From assembly GCA_963676835.2 (NCBI GenBank), contig CAXXFF010000002.1:864001-928000 (forward strand): DNA of 64,000 bases, given 5' to 3'. Every line of letters starts with the position of its first letter. The stretch's first letter is position 1. The position numbers and the translations under genes were made by a program. Under the pieces are notes generated by a model. It was not told where the DNA came from. It ran no database searches and saw nothing but the letters and a program-made list of their open reading frames with translations. The stretch comes from Marispirochaeta sp. (GTDB taxonomy: Bacteria; Spirochaetota; Spirochaetia; JC444; Marispirochaetaceae). Shown one piece after another: positions 46,382 through 56,689 of the stretch.

Positions 46382-47173
46382 ATGTATAGAGATCGTCTGC
46401 AGCTGAACAAAAAGAATGTTCTGGCTGCCCTGTATCCAACGGCAAAACTCTGGATAGTCCTGCTGTATTGTCTGAGTACATTGATCCTTGCATCAATTAC
46501 CTATCACGGCTTTCCCGTATACCTGGCTGCTTTCTACCTGTGTATACCGGTACTTTTCATAGCCAGCGGGATTGCCAATAAGCTGATCAAACTGTTTCTG
46601 CCGGTCTACTGGCTGGCGGGGGCAATCTTTTTTGTACAGACCTTTGTTATTCCCGGAGAAGCGGTTTTATACCAGTTCAAGTTCATCAGGATTTATACCT
46701 TCGGTATGCAGCACGGGATGTTTCTCTGTTTTCTTATTCTGAACTTTGCGGGGATAATTCTCTGGATGTTTCAAACAACCGAACATCGTGAACTATCCCG
46801 GGCTATGGAAAAGAGCGGAATGAGCGATAAGGCAGCCTTTGTCTTTCTCTCTACCCTTCAGATGATTGAGATTCTGGGCAGTAAATCAAAGGTTATTATG
46901 AATGCCCAGCGGGCCAGAGGCGTAGAAACGGAAGGGAATATGATTGTCCGCTTCAAGGCCTTTGTTCCGGCTCTTATCCCGCTTGTTCTTGGAGCCATTA
47001 CCAATACCGAGGAGAGGGTTCTTACCCTTGAGTGCCGGGGATTTGATGTAGTTGGAAAAAAGACCCGTCTCTTCGATATCAGAAAATCCGGAAGAGAAGG
47101 TGTTGCAATAGCTTTTGCTTTACTTGTGTTTATCGCCATAGCAGCATGGAGGATTGTTCTGTGGATACTGTAA
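46382..47173 (+). CDS. ECF transporter T component
   Basis: AQRARG and LECRGF (two conserved Arg motifs). Confidence 0.88.
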   Translation: MYRDRLQLNKKNVLAALYPTAKLWIVLLYCLSTLILASITYHGFPVYLAAFYLCIPVLFIASGIANKLIKLFLPVYWLAGAIFFVQTFVIPGEAVLYQFKFIRIYTFGMQHGMFLCFLILNFAGIILWMFQTTEHRELSRAMEKSGMSDKAAFVFLSTLQMIEILGSKSKVIMNAQRARGVETEGNMIVRFKAFVPALIPLVLGAITNTEERVLTLECRGFDVVGKKTRLFDIRKSGREGVAIAFALLVFIAIAAWRIVLWIL

Positions 47174-48024
47174 TTGAACTGAAAGGGGTCAGATACTGTT
47201 ATCCTCTCTGCAAAACTCCTGCAATTAATGACTTCAATATCAGTATTGAGCGGGGAAAATTCTACGGGGTTGTCGGAGCAAACGGATCGGGAAAAACAAC
47301 CCTGTGTTCACTTATCCGTGGATTCGCACCGGATTTCTACAAGGGCAAGCTTGAAGGCGAAGTTCTCGTGGAAGGAAAACCGACGGTTGACTACGGCCCC
47401 GGTGAGCTTGCACTGAAGATCGGCTATGTCTTCCAGAATCCTTTTACCCAGATAAGCGGTGTTAAAGGAACTGTTTTTGAGGAAGTAGCCTTCGGTCTGG
47501 AGAACTTCGGTGTTGACCTGGATGAAATCGAAGAGCGGGTAATCCGGGTAATGAAGCTGACGGACATTTTTCACCTGGCTGAAAAGAATCCCTTTGAGCT
47601 TTCCGGAGGTCAGCAGCAGAGAATGGCCCTTGCTTCGGCTATCGTACTCGAGCCGGATATCTTTATTATTGATGAGCCTACATCACAGCTGGACCCGGAA
47701 GGTACGGAAAGTGTATTCCGGATTATCAGCGATATGAAGGACGATAAGAAAACGGTGATTCTGGTCGAGCATAAGGTGGACCTTATTGCCGAGTATGCTG
47801 ACGAAGTCTTGGTCCTCGACGGCGGAGAATTGATTGCATCTGGACCCACTCAGGATATTCTCTCCGATATTTCGCTGCTGGACAGGAATATTGAGATCCC
47901 GCAGGTGGCCATGCTCGGCAACGAACTGGTTAAGAGAGGTCTTTCTCTTGACTACATACCGATAACACAGCAGCAGGCTGAGGATGTAATCGGCAAAGCA
48001 ATCAAGCAGAGAGGTGCTGTTTAA
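47146..48024 (+). CDS. ECF ATPase A
   Basis: GANGSGKTT, FQNP, LSGGQQQR and DEPTSQLDP. True start may be GTG 47161. Confidence 0.9.
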   Translation: MEDCSVDTVIELKGVRYCYPLCKTPAINDFNISIERGKFYGVVGANGSGKTTLCSLIRGFAPDFYKGKLEGEVLVEGKPTVDYGPGELALKIGYVFQNPFTQISGVKGTVFEEVAFGLENFGVDLDEIEERVIRVMKLTDIFHLAEKNPFELSGGQQQRMALASAIVLEPDIFIIDEPTSQLDPEGTESVFRIISDMKDDKKTVILVEHKVDLIAEYADEVLVLDGGELIASGPTQDILSDISLLDRNIEIPQVAMLGNELVKRGLSLDYIPITQQQAEDVIGKAIKQRGAV

Positions 48025-48839
48025 TGTCCTACATCAAGCTTTCCAATACCAGTTTTTCCTATCCCAACGGCTATCTTGCGGTGGATTCAATCAACCTGGA
48101 AATTGAGCAGGGTGAAAATATTGCCATCGTCGGACAGAATGGAGCGGGAAAAACAACTACAGTCAAAATGCTGAACGGACTGCTGCTTCCTTCTTCCGGA
48201 GATGTTGTTGTCGCAGATCAGAATACCCGGGAGTATACCACTGCCCAGATGAGCAGGCTCGTGGGCTATGTTTTCCAGAACCCCGATGATCAGATTTTTC
48301 ACTCCACCATTTATGATGAGGTTGCATTCGGCCCGAAAAAGCTGAGACGTGAACCCGAGTGGACCGAAAGAATGGTCCTGGAGGCCCTGGAAATTACCGG
48401 CATGCTGGATAAGAAGGATGAAAATCCCTACGATCTACCCTTTTCCACCAGGAAGTTTGTTACTATAGCCGCGATTATCGCCATGGATTCCCCGGTAATG
48501 GTTTTCGATGAGCCCACCGCGGGTCAGGATATTGTGGGTAACCGGCAGCTTGAGGCTATTCTGCATAAGCTTAAGGCAAAAGGAAAAACCCTTATAACCA
48601 TTTCCCACGATATGGAGTTTGTGGCGAAGAATTTCTCACGGGTAGTTGTTATGGCAAACAAACAGATTGTACGAACCGGTTCTCCCCGTTCGATCTTCTG
48701 GGACTTCGAGGCCATGGAAACGGCAATGATAAAGCAGCCTTATATCAGCGAACTCTGCAGGCGTCTGAAGATTGGTGATCAGCCGGTGCTGATGAACGAT
48801 GCGTTAGAGGCTATTCTGGGCTCTGCAGGAATCACATAG
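48024..48839 (+). CDS. ECF ATPase A'
   Basis: GQNGAGKTT, FQNPDDQ, DEPTAGQD and ISHD. Confidence 0.9.
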   Translation: MSYIKLSNTSFSYPNGYLAVDSINLEIEQGENIAIVGQNGAGKTTTVKMLNGLLLPSSGDVVVADQNTREYTTAQMSRLVGYVFQNPDDQIFHSTIYDEVAFGPKKLRREPEWTERMVLEALEITGMLDKKDENPYDLPFSTRKFVTIAAIIAMDSPVMVFDEPTAGQDIVGNRQLEAILHKLKAKGKTLITISHDMEFVAKNFSRVVVMANKQIVRTGSPRSIFWDFEAMETAMIKQPYISELCRRLKIGDQPVLMNDALEAILGSAGIT

Positions 48840-48881
48840 CCGTATAGATTTTTTCACTGTATTTATCTATCTTCATCTTAT

Positions 48882-50378
48882 ATGCGCATAACCCTGCTTA
48901 CTCTTAATATTCCGGAAAGCCGCTGGCAGGTTCCTTACGCTGCGGCGCGGCTAAGGGCTGCAGCGGAAGGGCTGTCCGACGTTCATATTTCCCTGATAAC
49001 CGGCACAACAGATGACACCGTGGAAGATCTTTTGCAGAGGATCGTTGCGCAAAGGCCGGCGCTTGTCGGGTTCTCCCTCTACGTCTGGAACCATTCCCTG
49101 GCAATTCAGCTGGCCGAAGGTCTTCGTGCCTCCATCCCCGGTGTTATGCTGATTGCCGGCGGTCCGGAGGCCGGATTTCTCTCCACGATAGAGCAGGAAG
49201 TTTTTAACACGGTAGTGACCGGAGAGGGCGAGGAGGCTTTTATTCAGATTGTTTCCTCCCTGGTTTCTGATGCAGAAAAACCATCAGGAAGGCTCATGTC
49301 CGGAGGTGTGGTATCATCGCCGCAAAATCTCGTTTCTCCTTATATCTCAGGTATACTTAACTCTGCTGATTATCCCGATCTTCTCTGGGAGCTTTCCCGG
49401 GGCTGTCCCTACAACTGCGCTTTTTGCTACGAGTCCCGGGGCGAAAAAGGGGTTCGCTTCTTTTCCTCCGAGACTGCCGCTGCCGAACTGGAGCTCTTTC
49501 AATCCTCCGGGGTAGAGCATGTTTTTGTGCTGGATCCCACCTTCAATTTCAATCGCCCCCGGGCTAAAGATATTCTCAGGCTGATAGCAGAAAAGGCGCC
49601 GGATGTTCATTTTGTAATTGAAGTCAGGGCGGAACTGCTGGATGAAGAGACGGTTGAACTTTTTTCCCGGATAAACTGTTCACTTCAGATTGGCATACAG
49701 AGTGTGCATCCCGAGGTTCTCAGGCTGATTAACCGCAATATGGATGCCCGCCGCTTTGTAGAGAATGTAGAGCTTCTGAATGAGTACGGTATTATCTTCG
49801 GCTTTGATCTTATATACGGGCTCCCCGGAGACAGTCCGTCGGGGTTTTTCGAGAGCTTTGACGGCGCCATGGCACTGCTTCCCAACCATCTGGATATTTT
49901 TCCTCTTTCCGTGCTTCCCGGAACGGATCTTCATGAACGGGCGGCTTCACTGGGCCTTAAAGCCATGAAGCACAATCCCTATACCCTTATTACTGCTCCG
50001 GGTTTTTCCGAAGGGGAGATGGCTTTTCTGACTGACTTTGCCGCCCTGTTTGATGCCTTCTATAATCAGGGTAAGGCTGTACCGTGGTTCAATCTGATCA
50101 CTGAGTATCTTGAGCTTTCCCCTTCGGAGGTCTTCCGCCGTTTTACAGGCTTTCATGCCGGGGAAGATACCCTTTTGGAATGGCAGCTTTCCCTGATAAG
50201 TCAACTTTTCTCTGACTGTAATAAAGAGTCCGGTACTGCTCCGGCTCTGGATATGATCCGTCTATTTTCCGATGAGCCAACTCTGTTCTTTGATGCCGGG
50301 GATCTTCTGGATCACCTTGAACAGGGCGTTACCGATTTTGATGAGCTTGCATACTTTGTAGCACCCCTGGAGACATAA
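48882..50378 (+). CDS. B12-binding radical SAM protein
   Basis: GFS.YVWN, GGPE, GEGE (cobalamin domain) and SRGCPYNCAFC. Confidence 0.85.
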   Translation: MRITLLTLNIPESRWQVPYAAARLRAAAEGLSDVHISLITGTTDDTVEDLLQRIVAQRPALVGFSLYVWNHSLAIQLAEGLRASIPGVMLIAGGPEAGFLSTIEQEVFNTVVTGEGEEAFIQIVSSLVSDAEKPSGRLMSGGVVSSPQNLVSPYISGILNSADYPDLLWELSRGCPYNCAFCYESRGEKGVRFFSSETAAAELELFQSSGVEHVFVLDPTFNFNRPRAKDILRLIAEKAPDVHFVIEVRAELLDEETVELFSRINCSLQIGIQSVHPEVLRLINRNMDARRFVENVELLNEYGIIFGFDLIYGLPGDSPSGFFESFDGAMALLPNHLDIFPLSVLPGTDLHERAASLGLKAMKHNPYTLITAPGFSEGEMAFLTDFAALFDAFYNQGKAVPWFNLITEYLELSPSEVFRRFTGFHAGEDTLLEWQLSLISQLFSDCNKESGTAPALDMIRLFSDEPTLFFDAGDLLDHLEQGVTDFDELAYFVAPLET

Positions 50379-50430
50379 GGTCGTATCCTGCGATTTGCAT
50401 TCCTGCTTTCTGTAAATAATAATTTTCATT

Positions 50431-50862
50431 ATGGATAGTACTCACGACTCGGATAAGCGGTCTCTTGTCAGGCGGCATCTGCTTGTCTATCTGGAAGTTG
50501 TCGATTCTGATACAGGATCCTCCCTGGGAAGAATCGGTGACCTCAACCGTTCAGGATTCCTGCTCCTCTCAACCATCCCTTTCGATCCCGGTCTTGCAAT
50601 ATCCGCGGGGATCAATCTGCCCAAACAGATGGATTTCTCTATGACCCGGCTTGATCTTACCTTTCGTGTCCGCTGGTGCCGAAGGGACGCCCGGCCTGGC
50701 AGCTGGATCTGCGGCTGTGAATTATTCAACACCGACAGTGATGCGCTTGATATTATCGATACCCTTGTCGGCCGGCTGGGATTCTCCGACGGGACCCGCC
50801 GTATTTTTCTTAAAAACGATCAGAATATTTTTCTCGATACAGACATTCCTACGGGAGAATAG
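50431..50862 (+). CDS. PilZ-domain protein
   Basis: RSLVR (RxxxR), DLNRSG and VRWC motifs; first gene of the chemosensory operon. Confidence 0.7.
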   Translation: MDSTHDSDKRSLVRRHLLVYLEVVDSDTGSSLGRIGDLNRSGFLLLSTIPFDPGLAISAGINLPKQMDFSMTRLDLTFRVRWCRRDARPGSWICGCELFNTDSDALDIIDTLVGRLGFSDGTRRIFLKNDQNIFLDTDIPTGE

Positions 50863-52614
50863 ATGAAAACTGCAGCGAATAGAAAGCAAGAAAAAGGCAA
50901 CTTTGTTTTCCGGTTTTTTCAGACCGAATCAATTGGCCTCGGATTGGGGGTCCCCGCGGCAGCAGCCTATGTACTGCTGCTTCTGGACCTTACACCCATG
51001 CAGGTGGAGAAGACCCTTCACTTTCTTATAATTATTGCGTTGCTTGTGGTGGGAGGAATTGCCATGCCCACCAACTATATGCTTATCAAACCCATTAGCC
51101 CTCTGCTCAAGGAGCTCAACAGCGGTGAGATCTCAAGCGCCCGTGGGCAGAAACTCTATCTTCTGCTCATGAACCTTCCGCTGAAGCACGGGATAATGCT
51201 TTTTACCCGTATTGGCGGAGGCGCGGTTGTTGTTGCTTTCTATATGCTGTTTTTCCTGAAGGTGGAGTTCATCAAGTTCCTCATGGCTATTATCTTTTCC
51301 GCCTACGGGGCATATCTTGCGTCCATTACGGTCTACATGGCAGCAGCAGCCCTGGTTAGAGCGCCTGGACAAACGATTGTTTCCCGGGGACTGCTAAGTG
51401 AGGAGTTTATAGAAAAACGAAGGATTTTCGGTCTTGGAGTTATAAAGAGAAGTCTTCTCTTTCTTATTGTACCTATTGTGCTTACCAATCTGACAATCTT
51501 CTTTACTTTTTACTCTGCCCATATTTCCGGAGTAGCCATGGACCAGCTTGTGGGACGGGTTGCTGGCGTTCTTGCGGTTAACACGGTTACCCTGCTGATA
51601 GCCTTTGGGCTTGCCATTTTTATGATGTACCGCCCGATTAAAATCCTTGTCTCTTCTCTCGGGAAATTTCTTCATACCGACCGGAGTGAGACGGATCCGA
51701 TTCCCACCGACCTATCCGATGATTTTGCCTATATAAGTCATCTTATGAACAGGGCTATCGAAAGTCTTCACCAGATTATTGTCAAAGTTGAAGATGCCGC
51801 CCTGGTTCTCACCGATTCGGTTCAGGAGCTTTCTGCATCGTCCGCTCAGATCTCCACTACTTCCAATGAACAGGCCGCGGCGGTTAAGGAGATTGTTACC
51901 ACCATGGAAGACGCCGATCAGCTGGCGCGCATGATCGCCGCGAGTATTCATGAAGTTACCGGTACGGTCCGCAGTACAACTTCGGCGGTCGAGTCGGGAA
52001 AGCAGCGTATTACCATGAGCCTGAGTAAAATGGATGAGATCAGTGAATCCAATGGAAAAACAATTCAGGAGATACGTTCCCTGGGAGAAAAAATTGACAG
52101 TATCTGGGACATTGTAAATATCATCAACGGCATTGCCAATCAGACAAAAATAATCGCCTTCAATGCAGAGCTGGAGGCTTCCGCTGCAGGGGATGCGGGG
52201 AAAAACTTTCAGATAGTTGCTACCGAGATCAGGCGTCTGGCGGACAGCACCGTATCATCTACATCGGAAATACGAAAAAAGATCCAGGAAATTCAGCAGT
52301 CATCGGATGAAGTTATCTCTGCTTCCGAGGATGGAACCAGGAAAATAAGCCACGGCCGGGAGCTTTCCAGCTCTCTGAATGAAGATTTCAGTGAAATAAA
52401 GAGTCTTGCAGATATATCGGCCTGCTCTGCCGATGAGATTGAATCCTCGGTGAATCAGCAGGTTCTTTCCTTTGAGCAGATACTCGCCACGTTGCGGCAG
52501 ATAGCCGACGGTATTGAGTACTTTGCAGAGTCAACAAAATCAACCAGTACCTCTTCGGAGCAGCTGCGTCAGATGGCGGATTCCCTGAGTCAGCTGGTAA
52601 AGGGGGGTGCGTAA
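50863..52614 (+). CDS. Methyl-accepting chemotaxis protein with multi-TM sensor
   Basis: Several N-terminal TM helices, HAMP-like region and tip IANQTKIIAFNAELEA..AG.AGKNF.IVA.EIRRLA. Confidence 0.9.
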   Translation: MKTAANRKQEKGNFVFRFFQTESIGLGLGVPAAAAYVLLLLDLTPMQVEKTLHFLIIIALLVVGGIAMPTNYMLIKPISPLLKELNSGEISSARGQKLYLLLMNLPLKHGIMLFTRIGGGAVVVAFYMLFFLKVEFIKFLMAIIFSAYGAYLASITVYMAAAALVRAPGQTIVSRGLLSEEFIEKRRIFGLGVIKRSLLFLIVPIVLTNLTIFFTFYSAHISGVAMDQLVGRVAGVLAVNTVTLLIAFGLAIFMMYRPIKILVSSLGKFLHTDRSETDPIPTDLSDDFAYISHLMNRAIESLHQIIVKVEDAALVLTDSVQELSASSAQISTTSNEQAAAVKEIVTTMEDADQLARMIAASIHEVTGTVRSTTSAVESGKQRITMSLSKMDEISESNGKTIQEIRSLGEKIDSIWDIVNIINGIANQTKIIAFNAELEASAAGDAGKNFQIVATEIRRLADSTVSSTSEIRKKIQEIQQSSDEVISASEDGTRKISHGRELSSSLNEDFSEIKSLADISACSADEIESSVNQQVLSFEQILATLRQIADGIEYFAESTKSTSTSSEQLRQMADSLSQLVKGGA

Positions 52615-54608
52615 TGACAATGAAAGGAATTCTCTCCAGTATCAAGGTACGGATTCAGCTTATTTTTGCCGGAGTATATATCATCTTCGTTACCGGTCTC
52701 AGTATCGGTGTTTTTATGAGTCTGACAGAGGGCTTTGAAAAACAGTTTCACCGGCAGATCAATAATACTACCGAACTTATCTATCAGCTCACCGACAGTT
52801 ATGTGGATTCCAGCGCCCAGAATTACCTTATAGGAATGGCGGAATCCGTTAAACGGCTGGTTGCCTACGAATACAGTCTCTACGAAAAGGGCGAGATAAC
52901 CGAGGCTGAGGCCTGGAGCAATGCCCGCAGGATAATCCTCGATCCCGATTTTGGAAAAATCGGGGAAACAGGTTACCTTGCCGGGGTCAGCGGTGACGGT
53001 GTTCTGGTTATTCATCCCCGCTCCGAAGGTGCTGATGCCAGCGGTAATGATTTTATGAAAGAGGCGATGATTAAGAAAGAAGGCTACATCGAGTATATGT
53101 GGAAGAATGTCGGAGAGGATGAAGCCCGGGCCAAGGCGGGCGGTATGGCATACTTCGAACCCTGGAATCTGATTATCTGGGCATCCTCCTATAAAAGCGA
53201 GTTTTCCAGTCTGGTTGACCTTGAGGAACTGGAGAAGCGTATTCTCAGTATAAAGATAGGCGAGCACGGTTATCCCTATGTCATTGACAGCAAAGGCAAT
53301 ATTCTTATTCATCCGACCCTCAAAGGGGAAAATTTTCTGGATGAACAGTCTGCGGATGGACGCTATTTTGTCCGGGAGCTTATAGAACAGAAGAACGGCA
53401 TGATCCATTACGAAATGGTCGGGGATGATCTGGGCAAAGGGGCTCTGGCTGCCTTCCGTTATTACCCGGATCTGGATATTTATATTGTCAGCAAGGTCTA
53501 TGAAAATGACATGTACGGACTGATAAACAGAATACGTATTATCAGTCAGATCCTTGTTTTTGCAGGCCTTATTGTTACCAATATTCTTATCGCTCTGATG
53601 CTGAACAAAATTCTCAAACCTCTGGACAGGATCAACGAGCTTACCCGTCAGGTTGGCAGTGGTGATCTTACCGGTCGCATTGATGATATCGGTGCTGATG
53701 AGATCGGCATTATTGCCGGACAGTTCAACACCCTGGTGGATACCATGGCAGACATGCTCACCCGGATAAAATCAACCTCCTTTGAGCTTTTCGATTCTGT
53801 CCAGAGTTTGTCCGTGTCAAACCAGGAGATAAACGCCACATCCAACCAGCAGGCGGCGGCGGTAAAAGAGATCGTTACCACCATGGAAGATTCCGACTCC
53901 CTTTCCAAAAGTATTGCCATCAGGGTAAGGGAGGTTGCGAAAATCTCCAACCAGACAAGAACAGTAGTGCAGACCGGATTTGATACGGTGCAGACCAGTC
54001 TGGACAAAATGGAAGAGATAAAGGGTTCCAACTCGGAGACCATTACCGGAATCCGATCTCTGGGAGAACGGATTGAAAACATCTGGGAGATTGTCAATAT
54101 AATCAATGGAATTGCAGACCAGACCAAGATAATCGCCTTTAATGCAGAACTGGAAGCTTCAGCGGCTGGAGAGGCGGGGAAGAATTTTCAGATTGTCGCA
54201 ACTGAAATTCGTCGTCTCGCGGACAGCACCATGACTTCCACCAATGAGATAAAAACCAAAATCAACGAGATTCAGCACTCATCGGATAACCTGATTATTG
54301 CCTCCGAAGAGGGGACTGAGCATATTCGCAAAGGGGGCGAGCTGTCCGGAGAAATACGCAAAATATTTGAGGATGTCCTGAGCTCCGCGGAAATTTCAGC
54401 AGAGTCCGCAGAACAGATTGCTTCTTCGATAAATCAGCAGGTCGGGGCCTTTGAGCAGATTCTTCAGACGCTTAAACAGATTTCCGAGGGAATAGACAAT
54501 TTTGTGGTGTCCATAAAATCAACAACTACCTCATCGGTAAAGCTTAAGGAAATGGCCGAAGGTCTGAATGATATGGTCTCCGGATATCAGGTTGGTGAAG
54601 ATGAATAA
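52614..54608 (+). CDS. Methyl-accepting chemotaxis protein with Cache domains
   Basis: Two Cache-like repeats (IG..GY...HP), HAMP (DEIG) and the same divergent signalling tip. Confidence 0.92.
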   Translation: MTMKGILSSIKVRIQLIFAGVYIIFVTGLSIGVFMSLTEGFEKQFHRQINNTTELIYQLTDSYVDSSAQNYLIGMAESVKRLVAYEYSLYEKGEITEAEAWSNARRIILDPDFGKIGETGYLAGVSGDGVLVIHPRSEGADASGNDFMKEAMIKKEGYIEYMWKNVGEDEARAKAGGMAYFEPWNLIIWASSYKSEFSSLVDLEELEKRILSIKIGEHGYPYVIDSKGNILIHPTLKGENFLDEQSADGRYFVRELIEQKNGMIHYEMVGDDLGKGALAAFRYYPDLDIYIVSKVYENDMYGLINRIRIISQILVFAGLIVTNILIALMLNKILKPLDRINELTRQVGSGDLTGRIDDIGADEIGIIAGQFNTLVDTMADMLTRIKSTSFELFDSVQSLSVSNQEINATSNQQAAAVKEIVTTMEDSDSLSKSIAIRVREVAKISNQTRTVVQTGFDTVQTSLDKMEEIKGSNSETITGIRSLGERIENIWEIVNIINGIADQTKIIAFNAELEASAAGEAGKNFQIVATEIRRLADSTMTSTNEIKTKINEIQHSSDNLIIASEEGTEHIRKGGELSGEIRKIFEDVLSSAEISAESAEQIASSINQQVGAFEQILQTLKQISEGIDNFVVSIKSTTTSSVKLKEMAEGLNDMVSGYQVGEDE

Positions 54609-55107
54609 TGATGAACTGCTGGACCAGATTGAAGAGGCTTCATCTTCCGGAGAAAACAAGCAGCAGCTTGTTGAAGATAAAACCGTAAAGGTTATGGTTT
54701 TTCTGGTGGATGAGAAAAAGTATGCCTTTTATGCCGAGGATATTCGGGAGATAATTCTCGACTATCCCCTCTTTTTTGTTCCCTTTGTTCCTCCCTATGT
54801 GAGGGGATTTCTCAACCGCCATGGGGAACCCTATACAGTGCTTGACCTGAATGTCCTCTTCGATCAGGTCCGCCTGGAAAGTTCCACCTTTCTGGTTCTG
54901 AACAGGGATTCTGATCAGCTTGCTGTTATTATCACCGAAATCCTTGAGATTGTGAAAATACCGGAAAAGGATATTCATCTTGTCTCCAGTGATACCGGTG
55001 AAGAGGGATATTTTCTGGGATCAATTACTTCAGAAGGAAAAGAGACCTTTATTGTGGATGTGGAAAAAGTTCTGGACCGGCTGGCCCGGGATGTTGCCGC
55101 CGGATAA
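54601..55107 (+). CDS. cheW: CheW
   Basis: YAF....IREI and VP..P.YVRG..NRHG....V.DL motifs. Confidence 0.85.
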   Translation: MNNDELLDQIEEASSSGENKQQLVEDKTVKVMVFLVDEKKYAFYAEDIREIILDYPLFFVPFVPPYVRGFLNRHGEPYTVLDLNVLFDQVRLESSTFLVLNRDSDQLAVIITEILEIVKIPEKDIHLVSSDTGEEGYFLGSITSEGKETFIVDVEKVLDRLARDVAAG

Positions 55108-55114
55108 GGGCATT

Positions 55115-55642
55115 ATGAAGAGCATTCAGGATTTTCTACTGGTTAAACATGGAGCGGCCGGATTTCTTATAAACCGGGAGCAGTTCCATGCCAGTCTGTA
55201 TCTGCAGGATCTGAAGCCGCTGGAACCCGCTGTTGATCAGGAGGCTCACCAATACTGTTTCGGTACCATAGATTTCCGGGATGAACAGGTGCTGGTCTAT
55301 GATCTTAACCGCAGACTGGGTGAGCTGTTTCATCTTGAAGAGGATGAGGGACTGTCCATTGCCCTGGTTGCGGATGTTTCCTCTTTTTCTGACAGGGCCA
55401 GGCAGCGCTTTCAGGAAATGGTAACGATTAAAGCGCCGGAAGCAAACCTGACTACCGTTGCCTACCGTATCGGCAGTCAGGCAGAGATTAAAAGTCTGCC
55501 CCTGTCTCAGGTAAAACTTGTTCCGAAGGGGCTTAAAGAGCTGCTGCGCCGGAAAGGGGTTTACGGCTGCAGATTTACAGAAGATTCAGAGATTTATTAT
55601 TTCGTTGATATAGAAATTCTTTCCTTCGGACTGTTGGAGTAA
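55115..55642 (+). CDS. Divergent CheW-like protein
   Basis: G.IDFR...V.VYDL segment and position between CheW and CheB. Start uncertain (MKSIQ used). Confidence 0.5.
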   Translation: MKSIQDFLLVKHGAAGFLINREQFHASLYLQDLKPLEPAVDQEAHQYCFGTIDFRDEQVLVYDLNRRLGELFHLEEDEGLSIALVADVSSFSDRARQRFQEMVTIKAPEANLTTVAYRIGSQAEIKSLPLSQVKLVPKGLKELLRRKGVYGCRFTEDSEIYYFVDIEILSFGLLE

Positions 55643-55654
55643 TGTGGAGTAAAA

Positions 55655-56689
55655 ATGGGAACACAGGAAAAACTGCGGCTGCTTTTAGTGGATGATTCAG
55701 CCCTTGTCCGCAGTATTTTGAAACAGGTTTTTGCAGATGATCCGGAAATATCGGTAATAGGAGAGGCTTCCAACGGACTCTCCGGCTGTGAAGAGAATCT
55801 CCGCCTGAGGCCGGATGCGGTAATCATGGACCTGGAAATGCCGGTGATGGACGGCATCAGCGCCACGGCGAGGATTATGCAGGAGCAGCCGGTTCCGGTC
55901 ATTATATTTTCCAGCGCCGTAAATGCCGCCAGCAGTTTTGATGCAGTGGCTGCAGGAGCGATTGATATTATTCCAAAACCCGATATGGATGCTATCGGGT
56001 CAGTTGAGTTTATTCAGTCTTTAAAAGAGAAGGTCAGGTCCGCCCGGAAAAATCATATAAAAGCGTATCCCTCCCGCGGCTATGAGGACCAGCCGGGGGC
56101 GGATGCGGTGCTTCCGGAAGTGGAAGCGCTGGTAATAGGGGCATCAACCGGCGGTCCCCAGGCGGTGCGTAAGCTTCTTTCTTCATTGCCGGAAGGGTTT
56201 CCTGTGGGGATAGCTCTTGTTCAGCATCTGGAGACCGGTTTTGACCGCGGCTACGCAGCCTGGCTCGACGATAGTTCCAGATTGAAGGTGCGGCTGGCGG
56301 AAAACAATGACCGCTTTACCCCCGGGGAGGTGCTGGTTTCTCCTGTGGATATTCACCTCGCCGTAAGGTCCGGTATTATCCAGCTTGAAGATACGCCCCG
56401 GGTGGAAAACCAGAAACCCGCAGTGGATGTGTTGTTTACCACCGCTGCAGAATATTATAAGCACCGGCTCCTCGGGGTTCTTCTTACCGGTATGGGCCGG
56501 GATGGAGCTTCCGGGTGTAAGAAGATTATCGATGCCGGCGGCTACACTCTGGTCCAGGATAAAGAGAGCAGTGCTATCTACGGCATGCCCCGGGCAGCTG
56601 CTGAGCTCGGTGGTGCCTCTGAAATTCAGAGTATTTCCATGATGGCCGGGCGGATCTGTACTCTTTTAGGGGTCAGTCAGAATCCATGA
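55655..56689 (+). CDS. cheB: Chemotaxis methylesterase CheB
   Basis: REC domain (VDDS, MDLEMP), GASTGGP, VQH, PAVDVLF and LTGMGRDG. Confidence 0.93.
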   Translation: MGTQEKLRLLLVDDSALVRSILKQVFADDPEISVIGEASNGLSGCEENLRLRPDAVIMDLEMPVMDGISATARIMQEQPVPVIIFSSAVNAASSFDAVAAGAIDIIPKPDMDAIGSVEFIQSLKEKVRSARKNHIKAYPSRGYEDQPGADAVLPEVEALVIGASTGGPQAVRKLLSSLPEGFPVGIALVQHLETGFDRGYAAWLDDSSRLKVRLAENNDRFTPGEVLVSPVDIHLAVRSGIIQLEDTPRVENQKPAVDVLFTTAAEYYKHRLLGVLLTGMGRDGASGCKKIIDAGGYTLVQDKESSAIYGMPRAAAELGGASEIQSISMMAGRICTLLGVSQNP

